A DNA stretch of 64,000 nucleotides. It comes from Candidatus Fluviicola riflensis (GTDB taxonomy: Bacteria > Bacteroidota > Bacteroidia > Flavobacteriales_D > Crocinitomicaceae). The translations under genes and the position numbers were made by a program. Shown in pieces: positions 9,867-19,800 of this stretch. The notes below the pieces were generated by a model. It had not been told where the DNA came from, ran no database searches, and saw only the letters and a program-made list of their open reading frames with translations. The DNA lies in contig CP022585.1 in assembly GCA_002243285.1 (NCBI GenBank), forward strand, positions 1,330,669 to 1,394,668. Reading direction: 5' to 3'. Every line of letters starts with the position of its first letter. Within the stretch, counting starts at the first letter, position 1.

Positions 9867-9877
9867 GGGTAAATTCA

Positions 9878-10801
9878 TTATGGTTGCCCATGCCCACCGC
9901 TAGCCCCATAAATCTGTCCGTTTGAAAAACTCGAGTTATCCGAAGCAAGCTGCACATAAATAAACGCAAGCTCTGCGGGTTGTCCCGGCCGGCCAAGCGG
10001 AGTGTGCCCGCCAAACTTTGTGAGTTTTTCCTGTGTTGCTCCGCCGCTTACCTGCAATGGAGTCCAGATTGGGCCGGGCGCAACACCATTTACTCGAATG
10101 CCTTTTGGCCCGAGCTGTTTTGCCAGCGATTTCACATAGTTTGTCGTTGCGGCTTTGGTCTGCGCATAATCGTATAAATTCTCTGAAGGATCCGTTGCTT
10201 CTACAGAAGATGTTCCGATGATCACAGCGCCTGGTTTCAAATGAGGAAGTGTGGCTTTTATCGTCCAGAACGGTGCGTAAATGTTCGTTTTCATGGTTGC
10301 ATCGAATTCTTCTGATGAAATATCCAAAATCGATTCATAGGTCTGTTGCCGGGCTGCGTTATTTACCAGGATATCCAACCCGCCAAGCGCCTCAACTGCC
10401 TTTGCAACCATTTTCTTACAGAATTCCTCGCTGCGGAGATCTCCTGGAATTGCCACTGCTTTTCGCCCTTCTGCTTCAATGAGCTGAATCACTTCACGTG
10501 CGTCTTCTTCCTCGTTCGGGAAATAATTGATCGCTACATCGGCACCTTCTCTTGCATAAGCGATTGCAGCTGCCCTGCCCATGCCCGAATCACCACCCGT
10601 GATGAGTGCTTTACGGCCGTTCAGCAACCCTGAACCTTTGTAACTTTTTTCGCCGTGATCAGGAACAGGATCCATTTTACAGGCAAGTCCCGGCCAGGGT
10701 TGTTTTTGTTTTTTAAACGGCGGTTTCGGATGCTTTTTCATCGGATTTTTCAACGCTTTTGAAGCTGATTGCTTACTGCCTTTTTTGTTTTCCTTACTCA
10801 T
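9878..10801 (-). CDS. SDR-family oxidoreductase, YdaD/YghA (general stress protein 39) type
   Basis: Motifs present are TGGDSGMGRAAA (cofactor binding), NNAA and Y-AQT-K (catalytic), plus VNGVAPGPIWTPL and GRPGQPAE. It has the Lys/Pro-rich N-terminal tail typical of YdaD/YhxC/YghA. I chose the ATG at 10801 because the longer TTG-initiated ORF would overlap ligD. Confidence 0.85.
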   Translation of the reverse strand: MSKENKKGSKQSASKALKNPMKKHPKPPFKKQKQPWPGLACKMDPVPDHGEKSYKGSGLLNGRKALITGGDSGMGRAAAIAYAREGADVAINYFPNEEEDAREVIQLIEAEGRKAVAIPGDLRSEEFCKKMVAKAVEALGGLDILVNNAARQQTYESILDISSEEFDATMKTNIYAPFWTIKATLPHLKPGAVIIGTSSVEATDPSENLYDYAQTKAATTNYVKSLAKQLGPKGIRVNGVAPGPIWTPLQVSGGATQEKLTKFGGHTPLGRPGQPAELAFIYVQLASDNSSFSNGQIYGASGGHGQP

Positions 10802-10838
10802 CTTAGTCGGTTTTAGTTCGTATAAAAATTGTGCGGAT

Positions 10839-13427
10839 TTATTCTTCTTCTCCCAATAAAGTTTCCAGTTTCGCAAGCGCTTTTCCAATATCGGCGCCTT
10901 TTCCGAGGACTCCTTTCCAGAGATCTCCCTTTTTTTTCAATCGTTCATGGATCGTGAAAATCGTGAAGTCTTTCGGATCGAGTTGGTCGTTGACTTCGTC
11001 CCATTCAAGCGGAGTAGAAACGGTTGCTCCTGGTTTAGGACGGGCACTGTAAGCTGCTGCTATGGTTTGTCCTTTCCGGTTTTGCAGAAAGTCAATATAG
11101 ATCTTGTCTACCCGTTTGGAGACTGTACGTTCGATGCTTGTGGTTTCCGGTAACTGATGCTGAACAGCGGTCGCAAGCAATTCGCCGAAGAGTTTGATTT
11201 CGTCGTACGTATAACGTTTTTTCAACGGGATATACACGTGCAGGCCAGTAGCGCCGCTGGTTTTACAAAATGTTTCGATCCCGATTTCCGTGCATACTTC
11301 CCTGATTTTTAACGCAGTTTGAACCACTTCTTTGAAGCCGATATTGCCCGGATCAAGGTCCATGATCATGTAATCAGGGTAGTCGGGACGGTCATACAAA
11401 CTGTGCCATGGATTGATCTCAATACAGCCGAGATTGACCATGTACACCAGTGTTGCTTCGTTGTCACAGATGAGGTAATCCAGGTATTCATCATTCGATT
11501 TGGAATACTGTTTTTCGGTGTGCACCCATTCCGGAATCTGTTCGGTATCCATATCTTTTTGATAGAATCCGGGTTTGGTAATGCCATTCGGGTGACGATT
11601 GAGCGATTGCGGCCTTTTCTTCAGATAGGGAAGAATAAACGGGCTGATCTTGCGGTAATAATCAATGAGATCGCCTTTGGTGATGTCGCTTTCGGGAAAG
11701 TAAACCTTATTCCTGTTGGTGACTTTGAGTTTTTTTCCACTGATGCGAATTTCCTGATCGCTGTCTTCGGTTTTTTTTGCCTCGGAAGCGGTTTTCCGGC
11801 CATCTTTCAGTGACTTACCGGTTTTTATATCCGGTTGTGTGTCGTTATTTTTCATGGTTTCGGATGCTTTTTTGTCTGTGCGCAATCCCATAAAAACCGG
11901 AACGCGTAAATGCTTGTCTTCTGTCCAGTTTGCGAATTCTATATTACAAACGAGTTGGGGTTTGATCCATGTCGGTTTTCCTTTTTGTCCGGTCATTTTT
12001 GGCACCGGATCGAACGGACTTTTTGCAGTTTTCAGTTTTTCGAATTGGACATGTAACTCCTTGAGTGAAGTATCCGTGAATCCCGATCCGCAATTGCCGA
12101 TGTACACCAATTTTTCGTTGTTGCAGATACCTAGAATCAGTGATCCGAAGAATTTGCGGCTGTTTTGAGGAGCGGTATAACCACAAATGATGGCTTCGAG
12201 CGATTGACGGTTTTTGAGTTTGAGCCATGCATCTGATCGCGCACCGGGGAAATACCTGCTGCTGCTTTCTTTTGCGATCACACCTTCATACCCCATTTTA
12301 GTGAGGCGTTTCATCAGTTCTTCGCCTTTTTCTTTTACGATAGGCGAGGGCTGAATGTGTTCCAGTTTCACTTTTGTGAAAACAGCTTCCAGTAATTCAC
12401 GGCGCTGAATGAAAGGTAGTTGCGTAATCGAATGGCCATTGAGGTACAAGAGATCGAATACGTAATAGCGCAAAATTCCTTTTCGGGTAGTTGTATAATT
12501 CTGTAAGAGTTGAAAATTGCTGATGCCTTTGCGGTTTTCGATCACAATTTCACCGTCGAGAATCAAGTCATCTTCAAACCGTTCGAGTTCGGGCAACAGG
12601 GTTTCATAGGCTTTGTTGAATGAATTTCCGTTGCGCGAAACCATTTCCACTTTTCCGTTTGAAATCTTCGTGATGGCGCGGTATCCATCATATTTTGGCT
12701 CATACAGCCAATCAGGATGGTCGTTGTGCGTTTTCGCAAGTGTTGCCAACATTGGTTTTTTCAAATGGCTCCAAGCATGATTGATGTCCGTTTTTGTATC
12801 TTCTTGTTCAACAGGTTCTTCCGGTTCCTGCGTAGGAATTACCGGCTGTATTTCATTTTCGGGATCCGGTTCTTTTTTTTTATGCGCTTTTACCGGATCG
12901 ATCTCCGATATGGTGTAGCTTTTTACAGCGTGTTCATCGGATTTCTTGATCAACAGCCAGTTTTTATCCGTTCCGTCGTTCATCCGTACCAGGGCAAATG
13001 CGCCGTTGAGGTGTTTCCCTTTCAGTACAAATTTCAGATCACCCTTGGCATATTGTCGCAGCAATTGTTTTTCGGCTGAAGTACCTTTTTCCGGTTGAAT
13101 CGGTGTGTACGTTCCGTTGTCCCAAATTTCAACAATGCCTGCGCCGTAATTTCCTTTGGGAATTTCACCGTAAAATTTGCCGTAAGCGAGTGGGTGATCT
13201 TCTACATGAACTGCTAATCGACGTTCGCCTGCTTTCATAGACGGGCCTTTCGGAACCGCCCAGCTTTTCAGTACGCCTTCCATTTCGAGCCGGAAATCGT
13301 AGTGCAAATGAGATGCATCGTGTCGTTGAACAACAAATGTGAGCGCTACCGACGGTTTTTCTTTTCCTGTCGACGGTTCGGGCGTTTGTTTGAAATTCCG
13401 CTTTTTCCGATACAGTTTCAATGCCAT
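10839..13427 (-). CDS. ligD: ATP-dependent DNA ligase D (phosphoesterase-ligase-polymerase, NHEJ)
   Basis: The N-terminal 3'-phosphoesterase motif is FVVQRHDASHLHYDFRLE. The ligase adenylation motif is EPKYDGYR. The C-terminal LigD primase-polymerase domain shows LNRHPNGI..FYQKD...TSGATGLHVYIPL. Length is 862 aa. Confidence 0.92.
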   Translation of the reverse strand: MALKLYRKKRNFKQTPEPSTGKEKPSVALTFVVQRHDASHLHYDFRLEMEGVLKSWAVPKGPSMKAGERRLAVHVEDHPLAYGKFYGEIPKGNYGAGIVEIWDNGTYTPIQPEKGTSAEKQLLRQYAKGDLKFVLKGKHLNGAFALVRMNDGTDKNWLLIKKSDEHAVKSYTISEIDPVKAHKKKEPDPENEIQPVIPTQEPEEPVEQEDTKTDINHAWSHLKKPMLATLAKTHNDHPDWLYEPKYDGYRAITKISNGKVEMVSRNGNSFNKAYETLLPELERFEDDLILDGEIVIENRKGISNFQLLQNYTTTRKGILRYYVFDLLYLNGHSITQLPFIQRRELLEAVFTKVKLEHIQPSPIVKEKGEELMKRLTKMGYEGVIAKESSSRYFPGARSDAWLKLKNRQSLEAIICGYTAPQNSRKFFGSLILGICNNEKLVYIGNCGSGFTDTSLKELHVQFEKLKTAKSPFDPVPKMTGQKGKPTWIKPQLVCNIEFANWTEDKHLRVPVFMGLRTDKKASETMKNNDTQPDIKTGKSLKDGRKTASEAKKTEDSDQEIRISGKKLKVTNRNKVYFPESDITKGDLIDYYRKISPFILPYLKKRPQSLNRHPNGITKPGFYQKDMDTEQIPEWVHTEKQYSKSNDEYLDYLICDNEATLVYMVNLGCIEINPWHSLYDRPDYPDYMIMDLDPGNIGFKEVVQTALKIREVCTEIGIETFCKTSGATGLHVYIPLKKRYTYDEIKLFGELLATAVQHQLPETTSIERTVSKRVDKIYIDFLQNRKGQTIAAAYSARPKPGATVSTPLEWDEVNDQLDPKDFTIFTIHERLKKKGDLWKGVLGKGADIGKALAKLETLLGEEE

Positions 13428-13429
13428 AA

Positions 13430-14206
13430 TCAGGAAGCTTTTTGTTTACTTTTCTCCAGGCTGGCTTTGAGTTGTTCCATGAGGTCTTTCGACTTACTGT
13501 GCACTATTCTCAGTTTCGGAACGCTCGTTTTTTTGCCTTTCGCTTTCGCTTTGATGATCTTCAGCAGTGATGCGGCGTACTCGTCTTTGAACTTTTCAAT
13601 GCTGAATGGCGTCGTGTATTGTTTGATCAGCGCCATAGCCATTTTCAGTTCGGTCGGTTTTACTTCTGAAGCAGCAGGAAGTTTCAGGTCACTTGTTTCC
13701 CTGATTTCCTGCGCGAATCGGATTTTACTCAGCACCAACACGTTTCCGCGGGGCTTTAAAACAGTCAGTGTTTCTGTGGTACGTAACACAAACTGTGCAA
13801 TACCCACTTTTTTGCTTTTCGCAAGGGCTTCCCGCATCAGTGCGTATGCCTTGACGCCTGATTTTTCAGGTTCTACGTAATAGGAATTCTCAAAATAGAT
13901 CGTATCAATATCGGTCTCGTCCACGAAATGGTCCACCTGGATAATCTTGCTTTTTTCGGGCGCGGCACTCTCAAAATCTTCCGGTTCAAGTAATACATAA
14001 CGCTCATTCAACCAGTAGGCCTTGGCAATATTTTCCCAGGAAACTTCTTTCCCGGTATCCTCGTTGATGCGTTTAAACCGGATATGACTCATATCGCGCG
14101 GATCAACCATGTCAAGGTCAAGCGAGCTCTGCTGAGTGGCACTGTATAATTTTACGGGAATATTGACCAGCCCGAAACTGATCGCTCCCTTCCAGATAGC
14201 TTTCAT
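13430..14206 (-). CDS. ku: Ku DNA end-binding protein (NHEJ)
   Basis: The N-terminus MKAIWKGAISFGLVNIPVKLYSAT is the canonical bacterial Ku signature, with a basic C-terminal tail. The stop lies 2 nt before the ligD ATG. Confidence 0.92.
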   Translation of the reverse strand: MKAIWKGAISFGLVNIPVKLYSATQQSSLDLDMVDPRDMSHIRFKRINEDTGKEVSWENIAKAYWLNERYVLLEPEDFESAAPEKSKIIQVDHFVDETDIDTIYFENSYYVEPEKSGVKAYALMREALAKSKKVGIAQFVLRTTETLTVLKPRGNVLVLSKIRFAQEIRETSDLKLPAASEVKPTELKMAMALIKQYTTPFSIEKFKDEYAASLLKIIKAKAKGKKTSVPKLRIVHSKSKDLMEQLKASLEKSKQKAS

Positions 14207-15099
14207 ACGCGATAGTATTGATCATAAATATTTACCATTAATGTTCCGGATTGGTCAATACTTGCCCGGTGCATGCGGTCGCAGTTAAAGGAAAAAACAA
14301 CTTCCCCGGCTTTATTGACACTCACAATTCCGACGTCTCCGGGTAGGGGATAATCGGCGTTATCAACCGTATGATCACACGCAGCCTGAAGCGTCATTCC
14401 TTTCAGTTCCATTAGCATTGCCACTTTGTGAGCGATCATGTTGGTCATGATTACTTCACCATCACCGGTGCACGACGAAGCGCAGTAGGAATTGGCATAA
14501 CAACCTGCTCCGATCATGCAACTGTCGCCAACGCGCCCGGGTAGTTTGTTACTGATCCCACCCGTGGAAGTTGCCGCAGCCATATTTCCGGATACATCCA
14601 ACGCAACGCAGCCCACTGTTCCATGGCTTTCGCTTTTTTCTTCGCGTAAATCGTTTAATTGCCGTTCTACAATGAAATAGTCATCCGGCATTAGTTCCAG
14701 GCCATTTTGTTCCGCCAGCTTCAACGCCCCGGCACCGCCAATGTGAACGTGTTTGGTTGTTGTCATCACTTTTCGGGCAAGCGTGATGGGATTTTTTACT
14801 TTTCGTACCATCGATACGGCCCCGGCAGAAAGCAGGTGTCCATCCATGATCGCTGCATCCATTTCAACCTCCACATCGGCGTTTAATGCAGATCCTTTAC
14901 CGGCATTGAACAACGGATTGTCTTCGAGAATTCTCACGGTAGCCTCCACCACGTCAATAGCCGAAGTACCGTCGACAAGTAATTTGTGCCCGTATTCGAC
15001 AGCGGTTCTCAAACCTTCGATATAAGCATCATAATTGGATTCAATAAACGTACTGTTTCCTCCGGCACCACCGTGTATAGCAATTGCAATTTTATTCAT
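14203..15099 (-). CDS. iaaA: Isoaspartyl peptidase / plant-type L-asparaginase (Ntn hydrolase), likely beta-Asp-Arg dipeptidase
   Basis: Motifs are IAIHGGAGG, and HGTVGCVALD with the autoprocessing and nucleophile Thr. The ATG at 15099 is preferred over the TTG at 15111. The stop TGA shares ATGA with the ku start. Confidence 0.85.
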   Translation of the reverse strand: MNKIAIAIHGGAGGNSTFIESNYDAYIEGLRTAVEYGHKLLVDGTSAIDVVEATVRILEDNPLFNAGKGSALNADVEVEMDAAIMDGHLLSAGAVSMVRKVKNPITLARKVMTTTKHVHIGGAGALKLAEQNGLELMPDDYFIVERQLNDLREEKSESHGTVGCVALDVSGNMAAATSTGGISNKLPGRVGDSCMIGAGCYANSYCASSCTGDGEVIMTNMIAHKVAMLMELKGMTLQAACDHTVDNADYPLPGDVGIVSVNKAGEVVFSFNCDRMHRASIDQSGTLMVNIYDQYYRV

Positions 15100-15961
15100 C
15101 GTCGCTCTCAATTTCTATGTTCGAATAACTTAATTCACAGGTGTCTATGTTAAACTCACAGTTTCTCACCAGCAGATGCACACGTAGATTGTCTACATAG
15201 ATCGGGGTTCCTTTTCCCACAAGGCTCATATTGGTTTGCTCGATGTAGCGGCCGTCAATGATTACCACCATGCCCGAACCCAAACATTGGGCCCTGTTAC
15301 CTTTCCGGATAAGCAAAGCAGTGTCTTCCCCTAATCCGATCCCTAAGTATCCTGAATTGGAAACCACTGCATTTACCAGCCTCCCGAAACGCCCTCGTCG
15401 GATAAAATGCGTGTCAATGATGCAATCTTTAATCAGGCCAAGGCCGGTACTGATCTTTAGGTCGGCATCGATAAGGGCTTCTTGTTTACCACCGCTTTGG
15501 ATCATGATTTTAGACATTACCATGGCGCCTGCACTCGTTCCTGCAACGGTAAATTCAGCGTTGTTTTTGTATTTTTTGATGATTGCCTCAGCAACAGGCG
15601 ACCCGCCAATGATAGTCGTGATCTTAAATTGGTCTCCACCGGAAAACAAAACAGTATCGGCTTTTTCCACACGTTCAATGTAGCTTTCGTTTTTCGAGTC
15701 AGGGATGCTATGAATATCCATAAAGCCAACGTTGGTGTAGCCAACCTTGCTGAAGGCCTTTTCATAAATTGCGCGGACTTCAACCGGATAACTGCTCGCA
15801 GTAGTGATCACTTCAATGCGGGCATCCATTGATTTTTCAGAGACGAGTTTCTTTAAAATTTCCAAATGCACAAACTGTGAATGATGTACTGTGATAGGAA
15901 CTTTGTTCTCACCTTTATCCTCTGCTCCTCCAATGAGTAAAAGCTTGCCTTTAGGTACCAT
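15092..15961 (-). CDS. cphB: Cyanophycinase (peptidase S51)
   Basis: Motifs are GKLLLIGGAEDKG and VAGTSAGAMVMS (catalytic Ser in GxSAG). I chose the ATG at 15961 because the longer ORF would overlap cphA. Confidence 0.88.
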   Translation of the reverse strand: MVPKGKLLLIGGAEDKGENKVPITVHHSQFVHLEILKKLVSEKSMDARIEVITTASSYPVEVRAIYEKAFSKVGYTNVGFMDIHSIPDSKNESYIERVEKADTVLFSGGDQFKITTIIGGSPVAEAIIKKYKNNAEFTVAGTSAGAMVMSKIMIQSGGKQEALIDADLKISTGLGLIKDCIIDTHFIRRGRFGRLVNAVVSNSGYLGIGLGEDTALLIRKGNRAQCLGSGMVVIIDGRYIEQTNMSLVGKGTPIYVDNLRVHLLVRNCEFNIDTCELSYSNIEIESDDE

Positions 15962-15975
15962 AACTCTTGTTTTTA

Positions 15976-18603
15976 TCAGGAAACCTTTGAAAACCGGTAA
16001 ACCAGTTTTTCCTGTAGTTTTTTCACCAGTTCCAGGGAATGCTTCACATGATCGGCGCAAACAAATACGAATGCTCCCTGTGGTGCGTGCGTGACTGCTG
16101 CTTCAATAGCGGAAGCTTCATCTGAAATCACGTCAACATCTGCATCGGGATTGACGGAAGAAATACCTTCCATCAGCAACTGTGTCATTTCTTCATTTGG
16201 TCGTCCACGGTTATTTTTATCGTGCCGAATAATGATTTGATCGAAGATCTCAGCGGCATATTTTCCCTGATTGCGAATGTCCTGATCACGTCGGTCACCC
16301 GTAGCACCGATCACCCCGATCTTGGGCGATTCTACCGTTGACATATATTGCTGAATCGCTTGAAAACCGGAAGCATTGTGGGCATAATCGAGTATCAGCT
16401 TACAATGGCCGAATTCAAACTGGTTCATTCTTCCGGGGGTTGTTTCCGGCGAAAGAACGAATGAAGCAAGTGCGATCCTGATTTGTTCAAGTGGAAATCT
16501 GGAAGCGATACCGGCAGCAATGACCGGGAGCACATTTGCGACCATAAATTCCAGTTTTCCTCTGTGAGTAACAGGAACCTGGTTTACAGGTAATATCCGG
16601 GTAATGAGTTCACCGTTTTTTACCACAAAAAAATCATCTTCGACTAAAACGGCCATTCCGCCCTGGCTGCAATGATCATCGATTCGTGGATTGCTCTTTG
16701 TTGTGCTGAATAAAATGACATTGCACGAGACGATGTTCCGCATTTCATAAACCAAATCATCATCCGCGTTTAAGATTGCGTAACCAGTATCGGAAGTGCT
16801 TCTTGGGACCACTTCTTTTACCTCTGCCAGGTCTTCGAGCGTATGAATATCATCCAGTCCGAGGTGGTCTTCACTTACGTTCGTCACGATACTAATATCA
16901 CATTCGTCAAAAGCTAACCCTGACCTGAGAATTCCTCCACGGGCACATTCCAGTACCGCGTAATCGACTGTTGGGTCAGAGAGAACTAACCGCGAACTTT
17001 GTGGGCCGCTGCAATCACCTTCTGCGATCATGTGTTTATTGATGTAAATACCTTCCGTAGTGGTGAAACCAACATTTTTGCCGGCTGTGGCTGCCATGTG
17101 CGCGATGAGTCGGGTAGTGGTGGTTTTTCCGTTGGTACCAGTTACTGCCACCACAGGAATTCGTCCATTGGACTGCCCGGGAAAGATCATATCGATGACC
17201 GGTTTGGCCACATCGCGTGGTGTTCCTTTTGATGGATGGGTGTGCATACGGAATCCCGGGCCTGCATTTACTTCTAATACAGCGCCATTTCCGATGTGCA
17301 GCGGTTGTGTAATATCCTTGGCTATAATGTCAATGCCGCAAACATCCAGCTGGAAGATCCGGGCAATCCGTTCGGCTAAGAAAACATTGTAGGGGTGCAC
17401 GATATCGGTAACGTCTGTTGAGGTTCCACCGGTTGAAAGATTGGCTGTCCGCTTGAGTATCGCTTCTTTTCCGGCCGGTAAAACGTCATCCAAAGTCAAT
17501 CCCTGTTCCTTTAACAGGTTTTTGGTGTGCGCATTGATTTTAATCGTTGTCAGGATTTTCTCATGTCCAGTTCCACGATCCGGATTGTTATTGGTGATCG
17601 TGATCAGTTCACGGATCGTACAAATCCCGTTTCCTGTTACGCAGGCCGGCGTACGTTTTGCAACTGCCACAAGCTTGTAGTTGATCACAAGAAAACGATA
17701 ATCATCGCCTTCAATGTATTGCTCCAGGATGATTTTATCGGATATTTTCCATGCCTGATTCGCTGCTTTTAGCACACCTTCTTTGGTCGTTATATTTGCT
17801 GTGATCCCGCGTCCGTGATTACCGTCCACCGGTTTTACGACCAGCGGGAACTGGATGTTGTCCATCTCTTCCCTCAAACCGGTTTTATCGTAAACGATCA
17901 CGCCTTTCGGAACAGAAATACCGGCCTTTTCAAGCAAGTTTTTCGTGAGCCATTTACAGGCAACTGTTTCAACAGCCAGGTTGCTGGTGGTACCCATTAT
18001 AGTGGCGCGGAATAATTGTTGATTTTTCCCGTAACCAAGCATATAAAGCGAATCGTTATCCAGTCGCATCGCCGGAATACCTCTTCGCATTGCTTCATCA
18101 AGAATGGCCTGGGTGCTTGGCCCGGCTGCTTCATCCAACCATATTTCGTGGAGCTCACTGATGACTTTTTTGAGATTAAACGATTTTTTTTCCGCCATCG
18201 CTTTTACGAAATTTACCGCAGCTTTTCCAGCGTAAATTCCTGCTTTTTCTGATAGATAAGAAAAGACAACTTTGTATACGCCATATTCTCCTGTTGATCG
18301 CGTTCTTCCATAGCCGCAATCCATTCCCGCCAACACCTGCATCTCGAGTGCAACATGTTCAATCACATGTCCAAGCCACGTTCCTTCGCGCATTCTTTCA
18401 CATAAACCGCCTTCTTTTTCTTCAGAGCATCTGTGCTCATACAAAGAAGGTATTGCCTGCATAATCCGTTCATAAAATTGGGGAATCCTGTTTGTAGGAA
18501 GTTCTTCATACTTACCGATATCCAATTTCATTACGATTAGCCTTTTCCTGTAATTCGACCAGTAGTTTGGCCCTCTCATTACCTGGATCCTCATGATTTC
18601 CAT
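15976..18603 (-). CDS. cphA: Cyanophycin synthetase
   Basis: An 875-aa protein with a CphA-type N-terminal domain, an ATP-grasp region and a Mur-ligase-like domain with P-loop VAVTGTNGKTTTTRL. Confidence 0.92.
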   Translation of the reverse strand: MEIMRIQVMRGPNYWSNYRKRLIVMKLDIGKYEELPTNRIPQFYERIMQAIPSLYEHRCSEEKEGGLCERMREGTWLGHVIEHVALEMQVLAGMDCGYGRTRSTGEYGVYKVVFSYLSEKAGIYAGKAAVNFVKAMAEKKSFNLKKVISELHEIWLDEAAGPSTQAILDEAMRRGIPAMRLDNDSLYMLGYGKNQQLFRATIMGTTSNLAVETVACKWLTKNLLEKAGISVPKGVIVYDKTGLREEMDNIQFPLVVKPVDGNHGRGITANITTKEGVLKAANQAWKISDKIILEQYIEGDDYRFLVINYKLVAVAKRTPACVTGNGICTIRELITITNNNPDRGTGHEKILTTIKINAHTKNLLKEQGLTLDDVLPAGKEAILKRTANLSTGGTSTDVTDIVHPYNVFLAERIARIFQLDVCGIDIIAKDITQPLHIGNGAVLEVNAGPGFRMHTHPSKGTPRDVAKPVIDMIFPGQSNGRIPVVAVTGTNGKTTTTRLIAHMAATAGKNVGFTTTEGIYINKHMIAEGDCSGPQSSRLVLSDPTVDYAVLECARGGILRSGLAFDECDISIVTNVSEDHLGLDDIHTLEDLAEVKEVVPRSTSDTGYAILNADDDLVYEMRNIVSCNVILFSTTKSNPRIDDHCSQGGMAVLVEDDFFVVKNGELITRILPVNQVPVTHRGKLEFMVANVLPVIAAGIASRFPLEQIRIALASFVLSPETTPGRMNQFEFGHCKLILDYAHNASGFQAIQQYMSTVESPKIGVIGATGDRRDQDIRNQGKYAAEIFDQIIIRHDKNNRGRPNEEMTQLLMEGISSVNPDADVDVISDEASAIEAAVTHAPQGAFVFVCADHVKHSLELVKKLQEKLVYRFSKVS

Positions 18604-18817
18604 GTCTTCAATTTTTAAATCAGTTTTTTGTAATAAACGATATCACTAAGTAGAGCTAGAGATGTTGGTCTAACCAAATACTGTGAATAGTAAAAATAGA
18701 CAGGTGAAAAGGGCAAAACCTTACACAATTTTTTCACCGATTTGCATAATTCCTATAATTATCAAAATTTATGATCTGGATAAATGGGCGATTGACTATT
18801 AAGCACACAACTCTTTT

Positions 18818-18935
18818 AGAATTTAACATGCCGCGTATTTTTACCACGAATCAGCCTTAGACAACACCGATTTTGAAGCATGTTTCAACGCTTTCAGAAT
18901 TTGACGTGCTGCGTTTCCACTACGAATCAGCCTAA
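18818..18935. repeat. Two ~40-bp imperfect direct repeats, 78 bp apart, upstream of cphA
   Basis: AGAATTTAACATGCCGCGTATTTTTACCACGAATCAGCCTTA (18818-18859) aligns with AGAATTTGACGTGCTGCGTTTCCACTACGAATCAGCCTAA (18896-18935). Confidence 0.6.
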
Positions 18936-19147
18936 GGCAGATACGTGAACGAATAACGAGCTGTGTACCAATTATTTATTATGAATACCCGCGCGCTTAT
19001 TGAGTATCAGAAGAGTTTTGAAAGTAGGAATAGTGCAAGTTTTCGAAAAAAAAGTGTAATACGATTTAGTTTAAATCGCTGCAATTTTACTTCATGTACA
19101 GTCATCAGGTATGATTGTACAAAGATTCATAACGAAAAATAACGAAC

Positions 19148-19747
19148 ATGAAAAGTGTGAAAACAACAGCAAAACGCTTCGCGAGTTTAGCGTTTTTAAG
19201 CTTAAGTATGAGCGGAATCCTTATGACAGGATGTGACAATGGCCAACCGGAAGATTCGGAAAAAATAGCCGAAGACCAAAATGAAGAGCGTTTTGATGAT
19301 CGGAAATCTGAGAAAGATGCCGAGTTTCTTGTTAAAGCCGCTGCTATTAACATGGAAGAGATCGAACTGGGCGAATTAGCACAACAAAAAGGAACACTCC
19401 AGGAAGTAAAAGACCTCGGTAAAATGATGGTAGACGAGCATACCGCAGCGTTGGATGAGCTAAAACAACTGGCAGAAGAAAAAGCAATTTCTTTACCGGG
19501 TTCTCTGACCGAGGACGGACAGGATGCCTACGATAGACTCAATGAAAAATCGGGCAAAGACTTTAACGAGAAGTATTGCGACATGATGATCAGAGGCCAC
19601 AAAGATGCAATTGACAAGTTTGAAAAAGCTGCTTCCGATGCCGACGATCCCGATATCCGTAACTGGGCTTCATCCATGCTTCCGTCATTGCGTACGCATC
19701 TTGAGCATTCGCGTATAGCCGAGGAGAAGTGCAAAGCAATGAAATAA
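19148..19747 (+). CDS. DUF4142-family lipoprotein
   Basis: It has a lipoprotein signal (LSMSGILMTGC). There are two helical repeats with FLVKAAAINMEEIELGELAQQKG...VKDLGKMMVDEHTAA and MIRGHKDAIDKF, as in DUF4142. Confidence 0.7.
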   Translation: MKSVKTTAKRFASLAFLSLSMSGILMTGCDNGQPEDSEKIAEDQNEERFDDRKSEKDAEFLVKAAAINMEEIELGELAQQKGTLQEVKDLGKMMVDEHTAALDELKQLAEEKAISLPGSLTEDGQDAYDRLNEKSGKDFNEKYCDMMIRGHKDAIDKFEKAASDADDPDIRNWASSMLPSLRTHLEHSRIAEEKCKAMK

Positions 19748-19800
19748 GATGAAATTCAATGGCAAGTGTTTGCTTCATCCGGAAGCGCTATTTCTTGCCC

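Noticed and set aside
9617-9877. A possible riboswitch or leader upstream of the amino acid permease gene (261-nt spacer).
   Set aside because: I read the minus strand and found no glycine, lysine, SAM, T-box or other riboswitch core motif that I recognise. It would need an Infernal scan to settle.
9760-10014. An 84-aa minus-strand ORF downstream of, and overlapping, the SDR gene.
   Set aside because: It is in a different frame across the SDR stop and contains the terminator-like hairpin. It is very unlikely to be coding.
11319-11813. A 164-aa plus-strand ORF inside ligD.
   Set aside because: It is an antisense shadow ORF of a well-supported gene, with no recognisable motifs.
13302-13880. 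A 192-aa plus-strand ORF overlapping the ligD start and most of ku.
   Set aside because: It lies antisense to two genes with unmistakable Ku/LigD motifs. Its F/S/L/C-rich, low-complexity composition is typical of a shadow frame.
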